From: a virus
Taxonomy: Duplodnaviria; Heunggongvirae; Uroviricota; Caudoviricetes
DNA: 13,179 bases
Virus record (IMG/VR): IMGVR_UViG_2698536576_000003
Coordinates: 1 to 13,179 of that record
Reading direction: 5' to 3' (one strand)
Of this stretch, positions 1-7,490 are shown in pieces. Every line of letters starts with the position of its first letter. The stretch's first letter is position 1. The position numbers and the translations under genes are program-made. The notes under the pieces were generated by a model. It was not told the origin of the DNA. It ran no database searches and saw only the letters and a list, made by a program, of their open reading frames with translations.

Positions 1-14
1 TTGCAGTAATGAAA

Positions 15-839
15 TCAGGCGGTGAAAGTACCAATAAAGGTTTCTACTTTGCTGTCTTTGAATTTCTCAACAAGCAGATCACGAAATTCGTTAGCCATTT
101 CTTCCTGCACCGCTTCCAGCTGAATAATGCGCAGAACCAGTACAGGACGATCGCCAGTGATAATGCTGAGGCGTAATTTAAACGGACGTTCTTTCAGACC
201 TTCAAACGGAACGCATTTAAATTCAAATGCCACTGGCATAATGTCTTTGGTCTTCGCTTCGACAGACTCCATCAGGGAGCGTTTGCCGCTGAAGTCATTA
301 TCTTCAAAATCAGCGGTCTGGTTTGCTTCAATCGTGATTTTACGGACTGCCGCAGCCGCTTTTGTTGCTTGAATGGCGTCACCATTAGCATCAAAGCCCA
401 CAAGGTAGTCGGCCCAGTCTTCGATCCATTCTGCCAGTGACTTCTGGGAGTTACGCTCGCCGTTAACAGACAACAGAGCAGAGAACGGTGCTGTCTTTTT
501 CAGTTTGAGAGTGGCAGTGTTATCTGCGTGACCTGGCTCATCAATAGTACCCAGGTTAAGCACACTGACGGCACGCATATTATCGGCATCGATAAAGCAG
601 CGGGTGCCTTCATCTGCAAGATCTTTAGAATAACGGGTAAAATCATCGATGCTGGCAGTGGAAAGTGCACCACGGAAACGGAAGCGATTTAAATTAAATT
701 TTTCCAGATCATGAATGCGGAAATTCTCAGGCAATGCCACAGCATCGGCACCAATCTTACTGATAATTTCATTAACACCCTGAGCAGAAATAAGGGCATG
801 GATTTGATTAATTGCGGTTGCGTCTAAGTTCTGAGACAT
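15..839 (-). CDS. DUF2303-family prophage protein (YfdQ-like), 274 aa
   Basis: Complete ORF on minus strand: ATG at 839-837 with GAGGAC Shine-Dalgarno (rc of 845-850), TGA at 17-15. Length and N-terminus ([12 protein letters not shown]...) match my recollection of the CPS-53 YfdQ/DUF2303 family; no catalytic motif recognised. Confidence 0.75.
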   Translation of the reverse strand: MSQNLDATAINQIHALISAQGVNEIISKIGADAVALPENFRIHDLEKFNLNRFRFRGALSTASIDDFTRYSKDLADEGTRCFIDADNMRAVSVLNLGTIDEPGHADNTATLKLKKTAPFSALLSVNGERNSQKSLAEWIEDWADYLVGFDANGDAIQATKAAAAVRKITIEANQTADFEDNDFSGKRSLMESVEAKTKDIMPVAFEFKCVPFEGLKERPFKLRLSIITGDRPVLVLRIIQLEAVQEEMANEFRDLLVEKFKDSKVETFIGTFTA

Positions 840-904
840 AATAAGTCCTCACTATATAAAGATATTCAGTGATGAGATAAATAATCAGTTTATTACGAAC
901 GATA

Positions 905-1267
905 TTAACGACCTGCTGCGCGGAGTTTTCCGTCAGGTTCACCGGCAAGAGTCAGTAATTGTCCCTGGTCTTCCTGCAGAATAGTCAGGCGACCACCGCG
1001 ATTGACATACATCGGCGTTTCGGTGGTGTCTTCTTCGGAAATTTTCCCGCGGTTAGTTGGGCGAACATATGAGAGTTTGTGTTTGATTTTCACACGGTTC
1101 TCATCAAACGGTTCGATTTCCAGATTGAGTGAGACCTTCCCTTTGGTTTTCGTGTTCATCACACCGGAAGCGACCTCACTGAGAACTGCGCCGATTTTGG
1201 TTTCAAATACGCCGCCGTCCAGCTCCCCGATAAATGCCTGCACATCAGTACTGCGTTCGCTAGCCAT
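905..1267 (-). CDS. hypothetical prophage protein (YfdP-like), 120 aa
   Basis: ORF track gives 905..1432, but the first ATG with a strong RBS (GAGGAG, rc of 1275-1280) is at 1267-1265 (MASERSTDVQAF...). It sits 65 bp upstream of, and co-oriented with, the YfdQ-like gene, as yfdP-yfdQ do in CPS-53. Confidence 0.7.
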   Translation of the reverse strand: MASERSTDVQAFIGELDGGVFETKIGAVLSEVASGVMNTKTKGKVSLNLEIEPFDENRVKIKHKLSYVRPTNRGKISEEDTTETPMYVNRGGRLTILQEDQGQLLTLAGEPDGKLRAAGR

Positions 1268-1677
1268 TTTGCTGCTCCTCATCATATCGACCCTGCAAGG
1301 TCGGTTGGTTTCTCCACAAAACAGAGAAGAACACCTGCGGTGGCAGCCGCCCGGATGGATTGGGTTATGAGCCCGTCGTCCGGTGATGCTCTTCTCTGTT
1401 TTGCAAAAAAGGACGGTACCAGCCGGAAGCAAGGGTACAAACTGGTACCGCCAGGACTACACACAGCATAAAGTTGTGGTGCCGGGTGCCTCCCGGTGCC
1501 TGGCGAAGGTTGCACACCAGGCGGGTGGGTATCCACAGAAGGTCGACTGTCAGCCTCAACCTTAACCCGCGTGCGCTGAGCCGCATTCACCACAACGCTA
1601 AGGATTCTCTCTGGTTGAAAATACTTAGCTGTTATGTGCCTGCTTTTAGCCACATCAGGCGAGGTGGACCTGGTTAT

Positions 1678-1723
1678 TCCCCAACAACAAGGATTCGGTT
1701 AATCTGGATATCCCCAACAACAA
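1678..1723 (+). promoter_or_regulatory. two perfect 13-bp direct repeats TCCCCAACAACAA (1678-1690 and 1711-1723), 33 bp centre to centre, upstream of the zinc-ribbon gene
   Basis: Exact 13/13 direct repeat seen in the sequence; 3-helical-turn spacing and position 38 bp upstream of the 1762 ATG suggest a protein-binding or leader element. Function is inference. Confidence 0.3.
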
Positions 1724-1761
1724 TAAGAGTATTCAATGTGATCGCTGAATTAACGGCAGCA

Positions 1762-2253
1762 ATGACGGCTATTTGTGAAACAGCCCAGATTGCAAAACTA
1801 ATGAACGAGGCAAAAACTCAAGCTGAAGTAAATGCGGCTATTGGTGAGCTGAACTCAAAGCTTGCGTCTATTCAGCGCGAATGCGTGTCTCTCGTTGAAC
1901 TGGTGGGCTCTTATCAAGAAATAAATGCTTCTCTCAAAGCTAAAATTGCAGAATTCGAAAACTTTGAGGCTCAGACGGAAGGCTATATCCTTAACCAACT
2001 TGAGTCGGGTACTTTTGTATACTCGAAGGAGGTAATCGTGAACGGTGGCAGCATAACCATGCATCTTTGCCCAAAATGTTTTGGACAAAAGATAGTATCG
2101 ATACTTCAACCATTCCCGGTTAGCGAAGATGAGCTTTTTCATAAAAGCAGGTGCCTCCACTGTGAAAATAAGTTTCTGATGAATAAAAATCCGGATTACG
2201 TATCGCCTCCATCCATTGAGGAGTTGTCCAGAAAACTTAACGGCAATCTGTAG
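1762..2253 (+). CDS. hypothetical protein, N-terminal coiled-coil and C-terminal CxxC-(x25)-CxxC zinc-ribbon, ~163 aa
   Basis: Frame is open from 1474 (TTG) to TAG at 2251-2253; the first ATG is 1762 (alternative GTG 1738), after the GC-rich region ends. The N-terminal half is heptad-like (AKLMNEAKTQAEVNAAIGELNSKLASIQ...); the C-terminal half has CPKC and CLHC. It occupies the nin/Q-proximal slot upstream of quuD. No family recognised. Confidence 0.6.
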   Translation: MTAICETAQIAKLMNEAKTQAEVNAAIGELNSKLASIQRECVSLVELVGSYQEINASLKAKIAEFENFEAQTEGYILNQLESGTFVYSKEVIVNGGSITMHLCPKCFGQKIVSILQPFPVSEDELFHKSRCLHCENKFLMNKNPDYVSPPSIEELSRKLNGNL

Positions 2254-2378
2254 ATTACTACTGTTGTGGATACCGTGGCATTTGAAGAGAAGTATGGCTC
2301 CCAGCTGGAGCTGATATTTCGTTTTATCGATCGCGCACTGGCGATTGGTGTGCTGGCCTGATTTTGTGGAGAAAGTTA

Positions 2379-2762
2379 ATGCGTGATATTCAGATGGTTC
2401 TTGAACGTTGGGGAGCGTGGGCGGCTAATAATCATGAAGATGTGACCTGGTCGTCCATTGCCGCCGGTTTTAAGGGATTAATTCCTTCAAAAGTAAAATC
2501 TCGCCCGCAATGTTGTGACGATGACGCGATGATCATTTGCGGGTGCATGGCCCGTCTGAAAAAGAACAACAGCGATTTGCACGATTTATTAGTAGATTAT
2601 TATGTAGTCGGTATGACATTCATGTCACTGGCAGGTAAGCATTGCTGCTCTGATGGTTATATCGGGAAAAGGTTACAGAAGGCTGAGGGCATAATTGAAG
2701 GGATGTTAATGGCATTAGATATCCGGTTAGAGATGGATATCGTTGTTAATAACTCTAATTAA
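2379..2762 (+). CDS. quuD: late-gene antitermination protein Q (phage 82/DLP12 QuuD type), 127 aa
   Basis: ATG at 2379 with GGAGAAAG RBS; the ORF track's TTG at 2364 adds 5 residues. Sequence [24 protein letters not shown]... matches QuuD as I recall it; position immediately upstream of the lysis region. Confidence 0.85.
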   Translation: MRDIQMVLERWGAWAANNHEDVTWSSIAAGFKGLIPSKVKSRPQCCDDDAMIICGCMARLKKNNSDLHDLLVDYYVVGMTFMSLAGKHCCSDGYIGKRLQKAEGIIEGMLMALDIRLEMDIVVNNSN

Positions 2763-2789
2763 TATGCCAATTGTTTACTGAAAGTTATT

Positions 2790-2815
2790 AAAAATGGGGC
2801 GTTGCAACGCCCCCA
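2790..2815 (-). terminator. rho-independent terminator of the nmpC/ipeX transcript
   Basis: On the minus strand, GGGGGCGTTGCAACGCCCC stem-loop (2815-2796) followed directly by ATTTTT (2795-2790). Confidence 0.6.
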
Positions 2816-2903
2816 AAAATAAAGGGTAATATATAACAGAAGGTTTATATAGTTAGAAGCAAGGTTGTGCTCCTAAAGGAAGTGGCTTGAGGGAGCCACT
2901 TAT

Positions 2904-2941
2904 ATGTTGGGGAGGCAACGCCTCCCGCAACATATCTTTTT
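2904..2941 (+). terminator. possible plus-strand intrinsic terminator downstream of quuD
   Basis: 13-bp stem with one mismatch (ATGTTGGGGAGGC / GCCTCCCGCAACAT, 4-nt loop) followed by ATCTTTTT on the plus strand; the same hairpin lies in the nmpC 3' UTR on the other strand. Confidence 0.3.
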
Positions 2942-2951
2942 CGTAATCAGA

Positions 2952-4049
2952 TTAGAACTGGTAAACCAGACCTACAGCAACGATGTCATCAGTGCTTACA
3001 CCGAGTGCTTTAGTGAAGTCATTTTTGTCAAGCAGGTTGATTTTGTAATCAACGAAAGTAGACATATTTTTGTTGAAGTAATAGGTTGCACCTACATCAA
3101 CATATTTGACTAAGTCCTGATCGCCCCATACTCCAAGATCCTTACCTTTAGATTGCAGGTAAGCAACGGACGGACGCAGACCGAAATCGAACTGATATTG
3201 TGCAACAGCTTCGAAGTTTTGAGCTTTATTAGCAACGAAGTGATCAGCAAATACAGTCATATTCTGGGTTTCAGAATAGGTAGTGGCCAGGTAAATGTTG
3301 TTAGCGTCATATTTCAGACCTGCGGCCCAAACTTCTGCATTTTTACCGGAAGCAAATACTTCAGGAAGAACTTTCCCTGCATTAACTTGAGTGTCGGTAC
3401 GATCAGATTTCGCATAAGTTGCACCGATACCGAATCCTTCGTATTCATAGGTAGCAGAGAAACCGAAGCCATCACCGTTACCTTCGGTGTAGTTATCGAA
3501 ATCGCTACGATCGTTTTTGCCTTGGTACTGAGCAGCAAAGTTCAGACCATCAACCAGACCAAAGAAGTCGTTGTTACGATAGGTTGCAACACCAGTGGTG
3601 CGACCAGTCATGAACACATCTGTTTGGGTCCAGGTATCGCCACCGAATTCTGGCAGAACGTCAGTCCACGCACCGATGTCGTATGCTACACCGTAGTTAC
3701 GGCCGTAATCGATTGAGCCGTAGTCACCGAATTTCAGGCCTGCAAATGCAAGACGGGTTTTGTCTTTGGAGGAACCTTGAGATTCAGCGCGGTTGCCTTT
3801 GAATTCATATTCCCACTGACCGAAACCAGTCAGCTGATCGTTGATTTGGGTTTCGCCTTTGAAGCCCAGACGAACATAAGTAGTATCACCATCATCTGCA
3901 TCGTTAGAGGAAAAGTAGTGCTTGGCATTAACTTTCCCGTACAGATCCAGCTTGTTACTGTCTTTATTATAAATTTCAGCTGCCTGAGCAGACATCGCCA
4001 TCAGTACTGATGCAGCTACAGCAGAAATTGCCACTGTTAATTTTTTCAT
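2952..4049 (-). CDS. nmpC: outer membrane porin NmpC (OmpD/OmpC family), 365 aa, apparently intact
   Basis: Full-length ORF: ATG at 4049-4047, TAA at 2954-2952. Signal peptide [23 protein letters not shown], beta-barrel porin composition, C-terminal ...GLVYQF. Sits between Q and the holin, opposite to the late operon (moron). Confidence 0.9.
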   Translation of the reverse strand: MKKLTVAISAVAASVLMAMSAQAAEIYNKDSNKLDLYGKVNAKHYFSSNDADDGDTTYVRLGFKGETQINDQLTGFGQWEYEFKGNRAESQGSSKDKTRLAFAGLKFGDYGSIDYGRNYGVAYDIGAWTDVLPEFGGDTWTQTDVFMTGRTTGVATYRNNDFFGLVDGLNFAAQYQGKNDRSDFDNYTEGNGDGFGFSATYEYEGFGIGATYAKSDRTDTQVNAGKVLPEVFASGKNAEVWAAGLKYDANNIYLATTYSETQNMTVFADHFVANKAQNFEAVAQYQFDFGLRPSVAYLQSKGKDLGVWGDQDLVKYVDVGATYYFNKNMSTFVDYKINLLDKNDFTKALGVSTDDIVAVGLVYQF

Positions 4050-4378
4050 CGTGAGCCCTTTTTTTTGAACTATTATTAAAAAATGATGTCACTGCGCGAT
4101 AAATATTCATCTAATCAATGTGATTATTTCAAGATGTAAGTTTTAGTTTCTCATTTAATTTGTGAAGTAGATCTCTATTTTTATCTGAACTTTTTCTATC
4201 GAAACCTATTTATGGCTCTTATTTGAACAAAAATAAATCTATTAGCTAATTTATATTAATGGCTGTTATTTATGGTGGTTCTATAATTCGTCTGTTTAAT
4301 TTAAACCGGCTAAAAATAACACTGGAAATTATTTATTGGTTATTTGTTGAGGTTTTCTTATGTATTTGTGGTGATGTT

Positions 4379-4407
4379 TTGAACACTCGGTAGCATTCTC
4401 ATAAATA
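4379..4407 (+). promoter_or_regulatory. candidate late promoter (pR'-like) upstream of the lysis cassette
   Basis: TTGAAC (4379-4384), 16-bp spacer, ATAAAT (4401-4406); perfect 12-bp palindrome TTACGTACGTAA at 4420-4431 just downstream. Lies ~230 bp upstream of essD. Inference from sigma70 consensus only. Confidence 0.3.
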
Positions 4408-4526
4408 TCATTCAGTGGTTTACGTACGTAAAAAATTGGTTATGCTGTTAAGAGTGGTTACTTCGTCACACAGCTTAAACCCGCCGTCGAGCTGGTTTTT
4501 CCATTTTTTGAGTCTCGATATTAGCT

Positions 4527-4585
4527 GATAACTCAATACCTGAGTTATTCACTGACTCGGAGTCAGTTACGTTTCTGCTTTTTTG
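4527..4585 (+). terminator. tandem hairpins plus T-run upstream of essD (tR'-like terminator candidate)
   Basis: Hairpin 1 GATAACTCA..TGAGTTATT (4528-4549); hairpin 2 perfect palindrome ACTGACTC-G-GAGTCAGT (4551-4567); T-run CTTTTTT at 4579-4585. Layout resembles lambdoid pR' - short RNA - tR', where Q acts. The gap between stem and T-run is atypical. Confidence 0.3.
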
Positions 4586-4637
4586 CGATACGTTGTATTC
4601 CCTCAATTTACACCCGCTTTGTCTGCGAGGTGGGGTT

Positions 4638-4853
4638 ATGAAATTCATGGATAAGTTAACAACTGGAGTCGCCTATGGCACCTCAGCAGGTAGTGCCGGT
4701 TACTGGTTTTTACAGCTGCTCGATAAAGTCACTCCCTCACAGTGGGCAGCAATAGGTGTGCTGGGTAGCCTGGTATTTGGCCTGCTGACGTACCTGACAA
4801 ACCTTTATTTCAAGATTAAAGAAGATAAGCGCAAGGCTGCGAGAGGTGAATAA
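4638..4853 (+). CDS. essD: phage-21-type class II holin (pinholin, S21-like), 71 aa, dual-start motif
   Basis: ATG at 4638 with GAGGTG RBS and a second ATG at 4647 (MKFMDK dual start). Two predicted TM segments ([18 protein letters not shown]; [22 protein letters not shown]), basic C-terminus. TAA overlaps the next gene's ATG. ORF track start 4593 is an upstream extension. Confidence 0.9.
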
Positions 4854-5350
4854 TGCCTCCATCATTACGAAAAGCCGTTGCTGCTGCTATTGGTGGCGGA
4901 GCAATTGCTATAGCATCAGTGTTAATCACTGGCCCAAGTGGTAACGATGGTCTGGAAGGTGTCAGCTACATACCATACAAAGATATTGTTGGTGTATGGA
5001 CTGTATGTCACGGACACACCGGAAAAGACATCATGCTCGGTAAAACGTATACCAAAGCAGAATGCAAAGCACTCTTGAATAAAGACCTTGCCACTGTCGC
5101 CAGACAAATTAACCCGTATATCAAAGTCGATATACCGGAAACAACGCGCGGCGCTCTTTACTCATTCGTTTACAATGTGGGTGCTGGCAATTTTAGAACA
5201 TCGACGCTTCTTCGCAAAATAAACCAGGGCGATATCAAAGGCGCATGTGATCAGCTGCGTCGCTGGACATACGCTGGCGGTAAGCAATGGAAAGGCCTGA
5301 TGACTCGTCGTGAGATTGAGCGTGAAGTCTGTTTGTGGGGGCAACAGTGA
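4853..5350 (+). CDS. rrrD: SAR (signal-arrest-release) endolysin, T4-lysozyme-like muramidase, 165 aa
   Basis: N-terminal Gly/Ala-rich weakly hydrophobic segment ([20 protein letters not shown]) typical of SAR domains; Glu-x8-Asp-x5-Thr catalytic spacing ([17 protein letters not shown]). Start overlaps holin stop (TAATG). Confidence 0.9.
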
Positions 5351-5808
5351 GCAGAGTAACCGCGATTATATCCGCTCTGATTATCTGCATCATCGTCAGC
5401 CTGTCATGGGCGGTCAATCATTACCGTGATAACGCAATCGCCTACAAAGCCCAGCGCGACAAAAATGCCAGAGAACTGAAGCTAGCGAACGCGGCAATTA
5501 CTGACATGCAGATGCGTCAGCGTGATGTTGCTGCGCTCGATGCAAAATACACGAAGGAGTTAGCTGATGCGAAAGCTGAAAATGATGCTCTGCGTGATGA
5601 TGTTGCCGCTGGTCGTCGTCGGTTGCACATCAAAGCAGTCTGTCAGTCAGTGCGTGAAGCCACCACGGCCTCCGGCGTGGATAATGCAGCCTCCCCCCGA
5701 CTGGCAGACACCGCTGAACGGGATTATTTCACCCTCAGAGAGAGGCTGATCACTATGCAAAAACAACTGGAAGGAACCCAGAAGTATATTAATGAGCAGT
5801 GCAGATAG
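5347..5808 (+). CDS. rzpD: spanin inner-membrane subunit Rz (i-spanin), 153 aa
   Basis: GTG at 5347 overlapping the endolysin TGA (5348-5350) gives [26 protein letters not shown]..., the lambda Rz-like N-terminus with TM segment then coiled-coil. The ORF track's 5335 start adds 4 residues. Confidence 0.85.
5567..5749 (+). CDS. rzoD: spanin outer-membrane lipoprotein subunit Rz1 (o-spanin), 60 aa, embedded in the +1 frame of rzpD
   Basis: ATG at 5567 preceded by AAGGAG (5553-5558); lipobox LVVVGC; proline-rich mature region ([16 protein letters not shown]). Entirely inside the Rz ORF in another frame. Confidence 0.85.
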   Translation: MRKLKMMLCVMMLPLVVVGCTSKQSVSQCVKPPRPPAWIMQPPPDWQTPLNGIISPSERG

Positions 5809-5839
5809 AGCTGACCATATCGATGGGCAACTCATGCAA

Positions 5840-6133
5840 TTATTTTGAGCAATACACACGCGCTTCCAGCGGAGTATAAATGCCTAAAGTAATAAAACCG
5901 AGCAATCCATTTACGAATGTTTGCTGGGTTTCTGTTTTAACAACATTTTCTGCGCCGCCACAAATTTTGGCTGCATCGACAGTTTTCTTCTGCCCAATTC
6001 CAGAAACGAAGAAATGATGGGTGATGGTTTCCTTTGGTGCTACTGCTGTCTGTTTGTTTTGAACAGTAAACGTCTGTTGAGCACATCCTGTAATAAGCAG
6101 GGCCAGCGCAGTAGCGAGTAGCATTTTTTTCAT
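5840..6133 (-). CDS. borD: Bor lipoprotein (serum-resistance protein family), 97 aa
   Basis: ATG at 6133-6131; lipoprotein signal MKKMLLATALALLITGC; ends ...ARVYCSK as lambda Bor does (recalled); convergent with Rz as in lambda/DLP12. Confidence 0.9.
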   Translation of the reverse strand: MKKMLLATALALLITGCAQQTFTVQNKQTAVAPKETITHHFFVSGIGQKKTVDAAKICGGAENVVKTETQQTFVNGLLGFITLGIYTPLEARVYCSK

Positions 6134-6423
6134 GGTGTTATTCCCGATGCTTTTTGAAGTTCGCAGAATCGTATGTGTAGAAAATTAAACAAACCCTAAA
6201 CAATGAGTTGAAATTTCATATTGTTAATATTTATTAATGTATGTCAGGTGCGATGAATCGTCATTGTATTCCCGGATTAACTATGTCCACAGCCCTGACG
6301 GGGAACTTCTCTGCGGGAGTGTCCGGGAATAATTAAAAACGATGCACACAGGGTTTAGCGCGTACACGTATTGCATTATGCCAACGCCCCGGTGCTGACA
6401 CGGAAGAAACCGGACGTTATGAT

Positions 6424-6834
6424 TTAGCGTGGAAAGATTTGTGTAGTGTTCTGAATGCTCTCAGTAAATAGTAATGAATTATCAAAGGTATAGTAATATC
6501 TTTTATGTTCGTGGATATTTGTAACCCATCGGAAAACTCCTGCTTTAGCAAGATTTTCCCTGTATTGCTGAAATGTGATTTCTCTTGATTTCAACCTATC
6601 AAAGGACGTTTCTATAAGATGCGTATTTCTTGAGAATTTAACATTTACAACCTTTTTAAGTCCTTTTATTAACACAGTGTTATCGTTTTCTAACACAATG
6701 TGAATATTATCTGTGGCTAGATAGTAAATATAATGTGAGACATTGTGACGTTTTAGTTCAGAATAAAACAATTCACAGTTTAAATCTTTTCGCACTTGAT
6801 CGAATATTTCTTTAAAAATGGCAACCTGAGCCAT
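6424..6834 (-). CDS. ybcV: DUF1398-family protein YbcV-like, 136 aa
   Basis: ORF open to 6957 (177 aa), but the ATG at 6834-6832 has a GGAAGG RBS about 10 nt upstream and gives the 136-aa length I recall for YbcV ([18 protein letters not shown]...). Alternative starts at 6870 and 6957 cannot be excluded. Confidence 0.7.
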   Translation of the reverse strand: MAQVAIFKEIFDQVRKDLNCELFYSELKRHNVSHYIYYLATDNIHIVLENDNTVLIKGLKKVVNVKFSRNTHLIETSFDRLKSREITFQQYRENLAKAGVFRWVTNIHEHKRYYYTFDNSLLFTESIQNTTQIFPR

Positions 6835-7119
6835 TGGTAAAACCTTCCATGTGATACGAGGGCGCGTAGTTTGCATTATCGTTTTTATCGTTTCAATCTG
6901 GTCTGACCTCTTTGTGTTTTGTTGATGATTTATGTCAAATATTAGGAATGTTTTCAATTAATAGTATTGGTTGTGTAACAAAGTGCGGTCCTGCTGGCAT
7001 TCTGGAGGGAAATACAACCGACAGATGTATGTAAGGCCAACGTGCTCAAATCTTCATACAGAAAGATTTGAAGTAATATTTTAACCGCTAGATGAAGAGC
7101 AAGCGCATGGAGCGACAAA

Positions 7120-7326
7120 ATGAATAAAGAACAATCTGCTGATGATCCCTCCGTGGATCTGATTCGTGTAAAAAATATGCTTAATAGCACCATTTCTATG
7201 AGTTACCCTGATGTTGTAATTGCATGTATAGAACATAAGGTGTCTCTGGAAGCATTCAGGGCAATTGAGGCAGCGTTGGTGAAGCACGATAATAATATGA
7301 AGGATTATTCCCTGGTGGTTGACTGA
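7120..7326 (+). CDS. ybcW: small prophage protein YbcW-like, 68 aa
   Basis: ATG at 7120, TGA at 7324-7326; divergent from ybcV; matches the lambda/DLP12 right-end gene order. Confidence 0.7.
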
Positions 7327-7490
7327 TCACCATAACTGCTAATCATTCAAACTACTTAACCTGTGACAGAGCCAACACGCAGTCTGTCACTGTCAGGAAA
7401 GTGGTAAAACTGCAACTCAATTACTGCAATGCCCTCGTAATTAAGTGAATTTACAATATCGTCCTGTTCGGAGGGAAGAACGCGGGATGT

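Larger units (their letters stand above)
2790..2951 (-). ncRNA. ipeX: structured 3' UTR of nmpC, candidate IpeX-like sRNA (~160 nt)
   Basis: Between the nmpC stop (2952) and an intrinsic terminator (2815-2790), the minus strand carries three hairpins (2933-2904, 2900-2881, 2815-2796). Position and size fit the IpeX sRNA reported 3' of nmpC in DLP12 (recalled, not verified). Confidence 0.4.

Noticed and set aside
127-372. 81-aa plus-strand ORF; likewise 1002..1370 (+) and 1855..2160 (-)
   Set aside because: Antisense to the better-supported YfdQ-like, YfdP-like and zinc-ribbon genes; no RBS.
1282-1653. 123-aa minus-strand ORF and overlapping ORFs 1365..1586 (-) and 1383..1565 (+)
   Set aside because: Mutually overlapping frames in a GC-rich repeat-dense region, low-complexity translations (Pro/Gly/Arg-rich), no RBS; treated as non-coding structured DNA or a degraded fragment, not a CDS.
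1474-1761. N-terminal extension of the zinc-ribbon ORF (TTG start at 1474)
   Set aside because: The extension lies across the GC-rich repeat element and has no RBS; a start at 1762 (or 1738) is more plausible.
3153-3716. 187-aa plus-strand ORF, plus 2904..3113, 3314..3538 and 3777..4010
   Set aside because: Antisense or out of frame within the well-supported nmpC porin gene.
4922-5859. Minus-strand ORFs 4922..5107, 5162..5344, 5235..5417 and 5647..5859
   Set aside because: Antisense within the lysis cassette (rrrD, rzpD).
6835-6957. N-terminal extension of ybcV to 177 aa
   Set aside because: The internal ATG at 6834 has a good RBS and gives the recalled family length; the longer form was not adopted but is not excluded.
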